Source of the DNA: Eubacteriales bacterium OttesenSCG-928-N13
GTDB taxonomy: Bacteria; Bacillota; Clostridia; Christensenellales; Aristaeellaceae
NCBI GenBank assembly: GCA_030265545.1
Contig: JAJDGF010000069.1
Location: 1 to 10,807, forward strand
DNA: 10,807 nt
Reading direction: 5' to 3'
Shown here piece by piece: positions 1 through 7,056 of this stretch; position 1 is the first letter of the stretch; the number at the start of each line of letters is the position of its first letter. Position numbers and translations under genes: made by a program. The notes beneath the pieces were generated by a model that made no database searches, was not told the origin of the DNA, and saw nothing but the letters and a program-made list of their open reading frames with translations.

Positions 1-14
1 GCGCATATGGGATT

Positions 15-35
15 CTCAAGGGCAAAGCCCTTGAG
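15..35. repeat. GC-rich hairpin CTCAAGGGC-aaa-GCCCTTGAG (9-bp stem) at the 3' flank of the ABC permease operon
   Basis: Perfect inverted repeat read directly from the sequence. It lies downstream (on the minus strand) of the permease stop at 135-137. Confidence 0.6.
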
Positions 36-124
36 CTGGGGTCTGGGGCAGCGCCCCAGCCAATCCCCCATTCTTGAATCTCAGCCAGATAATCTGTACG
101 CGGGGTCTGGGGCGGAGCCCCAGC
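36..124. repeat. Two copies of a 23-nt hairpin-forming repeat GGGGTCTGGGGC(A/G)G(C/A)GCCCCAGC (38-60 and 102-124)
   Basis: Copies differ at 2 of 23 positions. Each has a CTGGGGC-nnn-GCCCCAG stem-loop. The second runs into the palindrome GCCCAGCTGGGC. REP-like or terminator-like structures downstream of the minus-strand operon; no U-tract follows. Confidence 0.5.
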
Positions 125-134
125 TGGGCATATT

Positions 135-962
135 TTAGCCCTTCACCGATCCGGCCATCATGCCCTTGATCAGCTTATCCTGCCCGATGATAAACGCGAT
201 CACCATGGGCACCGCGCTCAGGGTCAGCACCGTCATGATCTTCGGGGTATCCATCGTGTATTCGCCCTGATACTCCCAGATCGCGAGCGGCAGCGTGCGC
301 GGATTGGGCGACTGGGTCAGCACCATCGCGAAGCTGAACTCATTCCACATGTTGATGGAATTGTAGATGCCCAGCGTCGCCAGTCCGGGCAGCGACAGCG
401 GCAGGATGATCCGGAAAAACGTGCTGAACAGCGAACAGCCGTCAATCGACGCGGCCTCCTCCATCTCAGACGGAATCAGCTTCATAAACCCGGTCAATAT
501 GAACACCGAAATCGGCAAATTGAATGCCACATACGGCCCGACCAACGCCCCGATCGAATCATACAGCCCGATGTTCTTGGTCAGGATAAACACCGGAATG
601 AACGCCACATGGATCGGGATGGACATACATGCCACCACCAGCCCAAACAGCGCGGTGGTCACCTTGAACTTAAGCCGCGCGAACACGAATGCCGCGCAGG
701 ATGTAGTCGCCAGCAGCAGCGTGAGCGAGATGCCAGTGACCATGATCGAGTTGAGCAGATAGCGCGGGAAGTTGCCCGACAGCACCTTGACGTAGTTATC
801 AAACGAGAACTTTTCCGGCAATGCGAATACGCCGTTTGTGAGCACCTCAAACTGTCCCTTGAACGAGCTGAGCACCATGAACACAAATGGCAGCGCCGCA
901 ATGACCAGCCAAACCAGGCAGAACAGCAGCACGAGCGTGCGAACGACAATCTTCTTTTTCAT
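135..962 (-). CDS. Carbohydrate ABC transporter permease (MalG-like, CUT1 family), 275 aa
   Basis: Six predicted TM segments. The EAA loop motif 'EEAASIDGCSLFSTFFRIILPLSLPGLA' is typical of binding-protein-dependent sugar permeases. RBS GGGGGA lies 7 nt upstream of the ATG, and that ATG sits 4 nt after the upstream gene's TAG, so the two are tightly coupled. Confidence 0.9.
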   Translation of the reverse strand: MKKKIVVRTLVLLFCLVWLVIAALPFVFMVLSSFKGQFEVLTNGVFALPEKFSFDNYVKVLSGNFPRYLLNSIMVTGISLTLLLATTSCAAFVFARLKFKVTTALFGLVVACMSIPIHVAFIPVFILTKNIGLYDSIGALVGPYVAFNLPISVFILTGFMKLIPSEMEEAASIDGCSLFSTFFRIILPLSLPGLATLGIYNSINMWNEFSFAMVLTQSPNPRTLPLAIWEYQGEYTMDTPKIMTVLTLSAVPMVIAFIIGQDKLIKGMMAGSVKG

Positions 963-966
963 GCTA

Positions 967-1875
967 CTAGTCCCCCTTTCGATTCATCAGCCTGATGGAG
1001 ACCAGCGAGAACAGCGTGATGAACAGGAACATCGCGGATGCGATCGTGGAGCCGTAGCTCATCTTCTGCATCGCGAAGGAGTTTCGATACATATAGGTAG
1101 CCATCAGTTCGGTGGAGCCGGATGGCCCGCCGCCCGTCATGACATAGATCAGATCAAAATATTTCAGCGATCCAACCATGGACATGGTGACTGCGCTCTT
1201 GATCGTGGGCATCAGCTGTGGCAGCGCACAACGGAAGAAATACTGTGCGCGCGTGGCGCCATCGATGATCGAGGCCTCATAGACCTCCTCTGGCAGACCG
1301 CCCAAACCGGCCAGATAATACACCATATAAAACGGGATGAACTGCCAGCAGATGACAACCACCACCGCATACAGCGCTTTGTTCGGATCGCCCAGGAAGT
1401 CGATACCGCCGCTCGCGCCGAACAGCTGCATCACCCCGGAGATCAATCCAAAGTTCGGATCCAGCACATGCTTGAACAGAAAACCGATCGCCACAGAAGA
1501 CATCAGCAGCGGCAGAAACCAGGCCACCTTGAAGAAATTCAGTTTCTTCCCGCCCACATCCAGAATGTAGGCAAGTGCCATGCCGATGGGCATCTGGATC
1601 ACGACCGACAGCACCACGATGATCAAATTGTTGCCCATCGCGCGCAGGAATTGATAGTCCTTGATCAGCTCACGCCAGTTGGCCAGCCCCGCGAATTCCG
1701 TGCGCGGGCCGATGCCGTTCCAGTTGTACAGACTGATCTCGAACGAGGAAAAGATCGAATAGAACATGTATACACCCAGAAAGAAAAACGCAGGAATCAA
1801 AAACACGACAGCGCATACGACGCTCTGGCGCTTTTTGTCCTGCATTGAGGCCACCCTCCGCGTTCCGGTTTGCAT
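967..1875 (-). CDS. Carbohydrate ABC transporter permease (MalF-like, CUT1 family), 303 aa; start corrected to an internal Met
   Basis: EAA motif 'EASIIDGATRAQYFFRCALPQLMPTI'; multiple TM segments. The six-frame ORF runs to 2148 only because no stop occurs in the high-GC spacer. The ATG at 1875 has a consensus RBS AGGAGG (1885-1890) 9 nt upstream. Confidence 0.85.
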   Translation of the reverse strand: MQTGTRRVASMQDKKRQSVVCAVVFLIPAFFFLGVYMFYSIFSSFEISLYNWNGIGPRTEFAGLANWRELIKDYQFLRAMGNNLIIVVLSVVIQMPIGMALAYILDVGGKKLNFFKVAWFLPLLMSSVAIGFLFKHVLDPNFGLISGVMQLFGASGGIDFLGDPNKALYAVVVVICWQFIPFYMVYYLAGLGGLPEEVYEASIIDGATRAQYFFRCALPQLMPTIKSAVTMSMVGSLKYFDLIYVMTGGGPSGSTELMATYMYRNSFAMQKMSYGSTIASAMFLFITLFSLVSIRLMNRKGD

Positions 1876-1914
1876 CACGGCACACCTCCTAAAATTTTCG
1901 TCAAAGCATTCACA

Positions 1915-1929
1915 TTGCACAATGTGCAA
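1915..1929. promoter_or_regulatory. 15-bp perfect palindrome TTGCACAaTGTGCAA upstream of the permease genes; candidate operator overlapping a weak internal promoter
   Basis: Read directly: TTGCACA/A/TGTGCAA. On the minus strand it overlaps a possible -35 TTGTGC, then a 17-nt spacer and GAAAAT, ~25 nt upstream of the AGGAGG RBS of the MalF-like gene. Confidence 0.35.
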
Positions 1930-2006
1930 ACCACAAGCCCACACGTATGCCCTGTACACTGTGCATCGTGAATGCCATTTTTTCATGCCCTTTCGAGCCA
2001 TAGCAT

Positions 2007-2034
2007 CACGGTTTCCCGTGCTCCACAGATTGTC
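2007..2034. repeat. Copy 1 of a duplicated ~28-nt element CACGGTTTCCCGTGCnCC(n)AGATTGTC (small hairpin CACGG-TTTC-CCGTG)
   Basis: Near-identical to 2192..2220. Both lie inside the SBP-permease spacer. Confidence 0.55.
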
Positions 2035-2163
2035 GATCCCCCTTGGGCGCCCCCGAGCCTCAAACCACAGCTGGCGACGGAGCGCCTCATAATAGGCGCT
2101 ATGTTGCGGGATCTCTATCCGTGACACGAAGATCCCTACTGCCCCCAAGTAGTCTACGAAGTT

Positions 2164-2183
2164 GTGTTGACGGCCGTCAACAC
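2164..2183. repeat. 20-bp perfect palindrome GTGTTGACGGCCGTCAACAC
   Basis: Read directly; perfectly self-complementary. Candidate dimeric regulator site or RNA stem in the intra-operon spacer. Confidence 0.5.
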
Positions 2184-2186
2184 GCA

Positions 2187-2220
2187 GGGGGCACGGTTTC
2201 CCGTGCCCCTATAGATTGTC
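2187..2220 (-). terminator. Strong GC hairpin GGGGCACGG-gaaa-CCGTGCCCC just downstream of the SBP stop (copy 2 of the duplicated element); probable intra-operon attenuator or mRNA stabiliser
   Basis: 9-bp G/C stem with a 4-nt loop, 22-45 nt after the SBP stop at 2233 on the minus strand. No canonical U-tract, so a partial terminator or processing/stability element rather than a full intrinsic terminator. This is typical of SBP-permease junctions. Confidence 0.45.
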
Positions 2221-2232
2221 CTAGGTGGAAGA

Positions 2233-3510
2233 TTATTCGCCGGCTTCCTTCGCCATGGCGTCTTCCATCAGCTTGTTGACCTCTTCCGGGGTCTTGGTCA
2301 GGCCGAAGAGCTCCTGGCTGGTGCTCTTGTGCAGCTCGGACATCGCCGGGCTGAGATACTGGTCATACCACAGCTGGATGGACTTCGCGTTTTCCACGAT
2401 GCCCAGCAGCTCGGACAGCTTCTCATCGGTGATCTTGTCGCCAATGCCCTTGACCGGCGGGATGGCGCCTGCGGCCACGCGATCCAAGATCGCCTGGTCG
2501 TCCAGCAGCGATGCGATCGCTTCGAACGCCACGTCCGGGTTCTGGCTGCCAGCGGAGATATGATAGAAGTTGTCGCCCACGGTGCCGACCAACGCGGTCG
2601 GGTCACCGGCGCCGCCCTCGACCACCGGGAACGGGATCATGCCCAGGTCGGGCAGGAAGTCCGGATTCTCAGAGGTGATGGTCGCGATCGCCCAGCTGCC
2701 CATCAGATACATGCCGGCTCTGCCAGCATAGAGCATCTGGCGGGACTGTCCGCTATCCTCATCCAGGCCGTTGAAGCCGTTGATGAAGTAGTTCTTCTTG
2801 ACCATATCCTGCAGCGTGTTGCCTGCATCGGTGAAGGCCGGGTTCTCAAAGCTGCCACCGTTGGTGCGGTTGGCCGCATCGGAGAACACAGCGTTGCCCG
2901 CGGTGCGATCGACCAGATACATATACCACATCGAGCCTGTCCACATGGTCTTGTTGGCCAGCGAGAAGGGGGCAATGCCCTTTTCCAGCAGCGCATCGGC
3001 CACGGCTTCGAGCTCAGCAAGGGTGGTGGGCGGGGTCAGGCCGTTCTCTTCGAAGACCTTCTTGTTGTAGAACAACATCGCAACGGACACGTTCTCAACC
3101 GGCACGGCCCAGATCTTGTCCTGATAGGTGGCCTGCGCAATGGCAGCATCCATCCACTTGTCTTTGATCGGCTCCATGTAGGGGGTGAGGTCCTGCAGGA
3201 TGCCTGCATTGACGTAGGCATTCATCGGGCCGCCCGACCAGGAGAAGAAGATGTCCGGCGCTTCGTCGGCGCCGATGGCGACCTTGATCTTGTCTTTGTA
3301 GGCGTCATTGGCGATGGCGCTCACCTCAACGGTGTTGCCGCTGGTTTCCTGATAGCGGTCAATGGCGTCATTGATGGCCTTTTCGCGCAGCTCCTGGGTC
3401 TGGCAGTGCCACATCGTGACGGTTGTGCCTTCCGCGAACGCGGAGCCCATGGACAACACCATCGTCAGTGCGAGCACGAGTGCCAAAGTCTTTGCAAACG
3501 TGTGCTTCAT
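2233..3510 (-). CDS. Extracellular solute-binding protein of a sugar ABC transporter (SBP family 1), 425 aa, with N-terminal signal peptide
   Basis: Start chosen at 'MKHTFAKTLALVLALTMVLSMGSAFA', which has RBS AAGGAGG 8 nt upstream. The hydrophobic signal peptide has an AFA-EG cleavage site and no lipobox Cys. Length and composition fit family-1 SBPs. It is the first gene of the SBP-permease-permease operon. Confidence 0.88.
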   Translation of the reverse strand: MKHTFAKTLALVLALTMVLSMGSAFAEGTTVTMWHCQTQELREKAINDAIDRYQETSGNTVEVSAIANDAYKDKIKVAIGADEAPDIFFSWSGGPMNAYVNAGILQDLTPYMEPIKDKWMDAAIAQATYQDKIWAVPVENVSVAMLFYNKKVFEENGLTPPTTLAELEAVADALLEKGIAPFSLANKTMWTGSMWYMYLVDRTAGNAVFSDAANRTNGGSFENPAFTDAGNTLQDMVKKNYFINGFNGLDEDSGQSRQMLYAGRAGMYLMGSWAIATITSENPDFLPDLGMIPFPVVEGGAGDPTALVGTVGDNFYHISAGSQNPDVAFEAIASLLDDQAILDRVAAGAIPPVKGIGDKITDEKLSELLGIVENAKSIQLWYDQYLSPAMSELHKSTSQELFGLTKTPEEVNKLMEDAMAKEAGE

Positions 3511-3554
3511 GAATGATTCCCCTCCTTGTTTTTTGTGGGTCTGTGATAGAATAA

Positions 3555-3583
3555 AGTATAACTGATCATGCATCGATTGTCAA
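3555..3583 (-). promoter_or_regulatory. Consensus sigma-70/sigma-A promoter for the ABC operon: -35 TTGACA (3578-3583), 17-nt spacer, -10 TATACT (3555-3560). It overlaps the inverted repeat GATTGTcaACAATC
   Basis: Read on the minus strand: TTGACAATCGATGCATGATCAGTTATACT. The inverted repeat GATTGT-CA-ACAATC (3574-3587) straddles the -35. A second IR GCAACT-n7-AGTTGC lies just upstream (about 3593-3611). Confidence 0.7.
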
Positions 3584-3647
3584 CAATCTGATGGCAACTG
3601 GTCAAAAGTTGCTCATTTTTTCACAAAAGTGGCATAACTCATATTTT

Positions 3648-3681
3648 GGCAAACAAAAAAACGGACGCCTGCAGGCGCCCG
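3648..3681 (-). terminator. Rho-independent terminator of the CAP-domain gene: GGGCGCCTGCAGGCGTCC followed by GTTTTTTTGTTTG (minus-strand reading)
   Basis: Palindromic core CGCCTGCAGGCG extended by G/C pairs. A 7-U run follows immediately on the minus strand, ~30 nt after the stop at 3713. Confidence 0.8.
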
Positions 3682-3712
3682 CAAAACCCAGTGATATCAG
3701 TGGTCGAAGCCC

Positions 3713-5074
3713 TTATGGGCGGGTGGCAAACATCTGCACGAAGTAGTATTTGCCATTCTTTTGATAGATTCCGATGCCCGATTCTTTGTAAATGTTGTTG
3801 AGCAGGCTCTTTTTGTGGGGTGGGCTGTTCCACCAGCCGTCCACCACGGCCTCCGCGCTGGTGAATCCCATCGCGATGTTCTCCGCGCCATAGCGCATGG
3901 AGAAGTTGATCGCCGTGAAGCAGCTCTTGCCGTTCGGGCGCGTATGGGAGAAGCTCTTGGAGAGCTCCTCGGCGCGTACCCTGGCCGATTTGGCCAGCGG
4001 TTCATAGTTGGTCAACGGCTTGGAGCCATTCATCACGCGCCGCTCATTGATGTAGAACAGAATCTGCTCCTCATATGAAGCATTTGTATTTAGCGTGCCG
4101 CGCACCTTCACGGTGCAGCTGACCGTCTTTTTGTTGAGCTTGCAGGTGATCTTGGCGGAGCCGACCGAGATGGCCGTCACGCGCCCATTCTCCACCCGCG
4201 CCACGCTCGGCTTGCTGGATGTCCAAGTGGCGCTCTCCAGATTGACAGAGGCATTGAACGGATGCAGCCGCTCGATCCTGAGATCCAGCTGATCCCCCTC
4301 ATTCAAGGTGGCGCTGGTTTCATTCAGATAGATCTTGGACAGCGGGCCGCTGACGGTAACCTCGCAGGTCTCCACCGTGTTCCCGATGCGGGCGGTCACC
4401 GTGGCGGTGCCGTAGCCCACGCCCTTGATCTTGCCCGACTGCGCCACGCGCACCACGCTGCTGTCGCTGGTCTCGTAGGTCACGAATTTGGTGGAAAACT
4501 TGGGCGCCAGGATGGGCTTGAACGTGTAGGTCTTGCCCTTGGCGAGCGCTTTTTGTGTGATGCGAAGATCCATATCGGGGCCATCGCATGCCTTTAACGC
4601 CGCCTTGATAAGCGCCGTCTGATCGGTCGATTTCAGTTTTCCCGTTTTGAAATATTCGATGTCGCCCTGGGCATTGACCACATAAATCTGTGGGTCGCTG
4701 ACCTTCTTGCTTGCCATGCCGACCGCCGCCAGGTTCTTCTGTTGTGCGGCATCGTTTGATACGTTGAGATCGAGCTTATCCCAGCCCTTACTCTTCGCCT
4801 TGGAGGAAAAGCTCTTGTCTGCCGGGTTCAGTCCGTTCAGATTGACCGTCACGTCCATCCCAACCGCCGTCAGCTTGTTGGCATAGCTGGCCAGAAAGCT
4901 CAGCGCCGATTGGGTGCTGGCATCCTTCGCGCTGCCGTAGACCAGTATGGTTGCCTCTGATGAATGACCAACTGCCTTCGCCTGCACGGAGGGCACATCC
5001 GCGTGCGCCGCCAGAGCCAGAAACAGCGAAGCGATCATCACCAGCGCAAATGCGTTTATTTGTTTGCGCAACAT
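3713..5074 (-). CDS. Secreted multidomain protein: signal peptide, N-terminal domain of unknown function, two Big_2 (bacterial Ig-like) domains, C-terminal CAP/SCP/PR-1 (YkwD-like) domain; 453 aa
   Basis: Signal peptide 'MLRKQINAFALVMIASLFLALAAHA'. Big_2-like segments 'VTYETSDSSVVRVAQSGKIKGVGYGTATVTARIG' and 'ATWTSSKPSVARVENGRVTAISVGSAKITCKL'. The C-terminus 'ENIAMGF...AVVDGWWNSPPHKKSLLNNIYKESGIGIY...GKYYFVQMF' matches the bacterial CAP (YkwD) signature. RBS GGAGG lies 7 nt upstream. Confidence 0.8.
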   Translation of the reverse strand: MLRKQINAFALVMIASLFLALAAHADVPSVQAKAVGHSSEATILVYGSAKDASTQSALSFLASYANKLTAVGMDVTVNLNGLNPADKSFSSKAKSKGWDKLDLNVSNDAAQQKNLAAVGMASKKVSDPQIYVVNAQGDIEYFKTGKLKSTDQTALIKAALKACDGPDMDLRITQKALAKGKTYTFKPILAPKFSTKFVTYETSDSSVVRVAQSGKIKGVGYGTATVTARIGNTVETCEVTVSGPLSKIYLNETSATLNEGDQLDLRIERLHPFNASVNLESATWTSSKPSVARVENGRVTAISVGSAKITCKLNKKTVSCTVKVRGTLNTNASYEEQILFYINERRVMNGSKPLTNYEPLAKSARVRAEELSKSFSHTRPNGKSCFTAINFSMRYGAENIAMGFTSAEAVVDGWWNSPPHKKSLLNNIYKESGIGIYQKNGKYYFVQMFATRP

Positions 5075-5145
5075 GATATGGCCTCCATTTTCGTTTGGGT
5101 CGTCAATTTTAGCCTATAATCTACAATTATGGATTTACCTACCTC

Positions 5146-5174
5146 ATAATACCACTTCATCAGCCCCATGTCAA
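5146..5174 (-). promoter_or_regulatory. Consensus promoter for the CAP-domain gene: -35 TTGACA (5169-5174), 17-nt spacer, -10 TATTAT (5146-5151)
   Basis: Minus-strand reading TTGACATGGGGCTGATGAAGTGGTATTAT. It lies in the AT-rich divergent intergenic region 5075-5313. Confidence 0.65.
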
Positions 5175-5237
5175 TCCATAGCCGGTTACAAATTTGAAAA
5201 TAACATAACGTTTTCATGTGACCTGTCTGTCGTTCGC

Positions 5238-5266
5238 TTGACGTGTGCGTCCGAATCCAGTACAAT
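5238..5266 (+). promoter_or_regulatory. Promoter for the DUF853 ATPase gene: -35 TTGACG (5238-5243), 17-nt spacer, -10 TACAAT (5261-5266)
   Basis: Read directly. An alternative -10 'TATATAAT' lies at 5284-5291. It is divergent from the CAP promoter. Confidence 0.65.
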
Positions 5267-5313
5267 AATACCATAGAATGACTATATAATAGAAGCAAAA
5301 GGGGAATAAGCCG

Positions 5314-6888
5314 ATGATTCAAGACAACAAAATCCTGGTTGGCAAGGGTGAAAACCCGGTCTTTCTGCTGCCCCAGATGGCCAATCGCCATGGTCTGATC
5401 GCGGGTGCGACCGGCACGGGCAAGACCACCACCCTGAAGGTGCTGGCCGAGGGCTTCAGCGCGATGGGTGTGCCGGTGTTTCTGGCCGACATCAAGGGCG
5501 ACCTGATGAGCCTGTGCCAGAGCGGCGCCCCCAGCGACCGCATCAATGAGCGCCTTGCGCAGATGGGCATCACCGATTTCACCTACAGCACCTTCCCGCT
5601 GATGTGCTGGGATGTGTTTGGGCAGGGCGGGCATCCGGTGCGCGCCACGATCTCCGAGATGGGCCCGCTGCTGCTGTCGCGGCTATTGAATCTGAACGAC
5701 ACCCAGCAGAGCGTGCTCAGCATGATTTTTAAGATCGCCGATGAGCAGAATCTCCTCCTATTAGATATGAAGGATTTCAAATCGATTTTGCAGTATGTGG
5801 CCGACCACGCGCAGGATTTCGCGACCGAATACGGGTTTGTGACCAAGCAATCGATCGGCGCGATTCAGCGCAACATGACAGCGCTTGAGCAGCAGGGCGC
5901 CGATTCGTTCTTTGGCGAGCCGGCGCTGGACATCAACGATTGGCTGCGGCTGGACAGCACCGCCAAGGGCTATGTGAATGTGCTGGACGCCACGAAGCTG
6001 TATCAATCCCCCGGACTGTATGCCACGATGCTGCTCTATCTGCTGTCCGAGCTGTTTGAGAAACTGCCCGAGGTGGGCGACCCAGAGAAGCCCAAGATGG
6101 TATTCTTCTTTGATGAGGCGCATCTGCTATTTGACGACGCGCCCAAGGCGCTGACCGACAAGATCGTGCAGGTGGTGCGGCTGGTGCGTTCCAAGGGCGT
6201 GGGCGTGTATTTCATCACGCAGTCGCCGATGGACGTGCCGGGCGATGTGCTGGCGCAGCTGTCCAACCGCATTCAGCACGCACTGCGCGCCTATACCCCG
6301 GCCGATCAGAAAGTTATCAAGGCCACGTCCGACACCTTCCGCCCCAATCCGGCGTTCAAGGTGCAGGATGTGATCACGCAGCTGGCCACCGGCGAGGCGC
6401 TGATCTCCTTCCTGGATGAAAAGGGCGTGCCCGGCATCACCGAGCGCGCGCTGATCCTGCCGCCGCAGAGCTTCATGGGCACCGTGGATGCCGCCGCCAA
6501 GCAGCAGTGCATGGCCGCCTCTCCGGTGAGCGGCAAATATGATACGGCTGTGGATCGCGAATCGGCCTATGAGATGCTCGTGAAGAAGCATGCCGATGAG
6601 GAGGCTGCCGCCGTGGCTGCCGCCGCGCAGGCCGAGGCCGCCAAGCAGGCCGCGATCGATGCCAAGGCCGCCGAGAAGCAGGCCGCCGCCGAGGCCAAGC
6701 AGGCGCAAAAGCAGCAGGAACAGGCCGAGAAGGCCGCGCAGAAGGATCACGAGCGCAACGTGCGCATGGTCGAGAACATGGCGGGCAGCGTGCTCAAGGG
6801 CGTGGGACGCGAGGTGGCGCGCAACATCAACAACCCCATGCTGCGCAGCATTCTGGGCAGCTTGGTGGGCGGCACAAGGCGCTATTGA
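5314..6888 (+). CDS. DUF853 / YjgR-family HerA-like (FtsK-HerA superfamily) P-loop ATPase, 524 aa, with an Ala/Gln/Lys/Glu-rich C-terminal low-complexity helix
   Basis: N-terminus 'GKGENPVFLLPQMANRHGLIAGATGTGKTTTLKVL' contains Walker A GATGTGKT. Walker B 'MVFFFDEAH'. Overall length and architecture match the YjgR/DUF853 family. Residues ~440-480 are 'AAAVAAAAQAEAAKQAAIDAKAAEKQAAAEAKQAQKQQEQAEKAAQK'. RBS GGGGA lies 8 nt upstream. Confidence 0.85.
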   Translation: MIQDNKILVGKGENPVFLLPQMANRHGLIAGATGTGKTTTLKVLAEGFSAMGVPVFLADIKGDLMSLCQSGAPSDRINERLAQMGITDFTYSTFPLMCWDVFGQGGHPVRATISEMGPLLLSRLLNLNDTQQSVLSMIFKIADEQNLLLLDMKDFKSILQYVADHAQDFATEYGFVTKQSIGAIQRNMTALEQQGADSFFGEPALDINDWLRLDSTAKGYVNVLDATKLYQSPGLYATMLLYLLSELFEKLPEVGDPEKPKMVFFFDEAHLLFDDAPKALTDKIVQVVRLVRSKGVGVYFITQSPMDVPGDVLAQLSNRIQHALRAYTPADQKVIKATSDTFRPNPAFKVQDVITQLATGEALISFLDEKGVPGITERALILPPQSFMGTVDAAAKQQCMAASPVSGKYDTAVDRESAYEMLVKKHADEEAAAVAAAAQAEAAKQAAIDAKAAEKQAAAEAKQAQKQQEQAEKAAQKDHERNVRMVENMAGSVLKGVGREVARNINNPMLRSILGSLVGGTRRY

Positions 6889-6905
6889 TTCAATAAATTG
6901 CATTG

Positions 6906-6940
6906 CGGCGAGACTGAAACGTCTCGCCGTCTGTATTCTC
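6906..6940 (+). terminator. Rho-independent terminator after the DUF853 gene: CGGCGAGAC-tgaaac-GTCTCGCCG followed by TCTGTATTCTC
   Basis: 9-bp stem with a 6-nt loop and a U-rich (interrupted) tail, 18 nt after the stop codon. Confidence 0.55.
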
Positions 6941-7014
6941 AGACATAGAAATGTACTTTTTGTGCTCAAATCAGGTATATTCGAGCAAATATACTATGCG
7001 ATTGATGGGAAAGC

Positions 7015-7023
7015 TGTTACAAT
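7015..7023 (+). promoter_or_regulatory. Extended -10 promoter TGtTACAAT for the nfeD-flotillin operon
   Basis: A TGn-TACAAT motif ~35 nt upstream of the ATG at 7057. No good -35 at 17 nt, which is consistent with extended -10 class promoters. Confidence 0.45.
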
Positions 7024-7056
7024 GAAACCACGATATCGTACGAGGAGGTGTTTCCC

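Noticed and set aside
36-124. Possible CRISPR fragment: two similar 23-nt GC-rich palindromic repeats separated by ~41 nt
   Set aside because: Only two imperfect copies, with a unit shorter than typical CRISPR repeats. A different hairpin lies adjacent and no cas genes are present. A REP-like or terminator structure is more likely.
609-1848. Plus-strand ORFs 609..995 and 838..1848 antisense to the permease genes
   Set aside because: These are typical spurious antisense ORFs of high-GC DNA: Arg/His/Gln-rich, no domain features, no RBS, and fully overlapped by well-supported permease genes.
1915-1929. TTGCACAATGTGCAA as a CcpA cre site
   Set aside because: The cre consensus (TGWAANCGNTNWCA) requires a central CG that is absent here. 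I kept it as a generic candidate operator instead.
967-2148. 393-aa ORF suggesting a long N-terminal extension on the MalF-like permease
   Set aside because: The extension ('MGAVGIFVSRIEIPQHSAYYEALRR...') is an open frame through the GC-rich spacer and has no RBS. An internal ATG at 1875 has a perfect AGGAGG RBS and gives a normal-length permease.
2233-3573. SBP ORF starting at 3573 (MHDQLYFILSQTHKKQGGESFMKHT...)
   Set aside because: The upstream Met has no RBS and would bury the signal peptide 21 residues in. The start at 3510 has AAGGAGG and places the signal peptide at the N-terminus.
3648-3681. Bidirectional terminator also serving plus-strand transcripts
   Set aside because: On the plus strand the hairpin is preceded rather than followed by the A/T run, so it is functional only for the minus-strand CAP gene.
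6127-6969. 280-aa minus-strand ORF (Gly/Leu/Arg-rich) and 6590..7072 plus-strand Pro/Arg-rich ORF overlapping the DUF853 low-complexity region
   Set aside because: They are reading-frame artefacts of the GCC/GCG-rich alanine-repeat coding segment.
7048-7056. GTG start for the NfeD-like gene, as in the six-frame track
   Set aside because: The GTG overlaps the Shine-Dalgarno GAGGAGG itself. The in-frame ATG at 7057 is optimally spaced.
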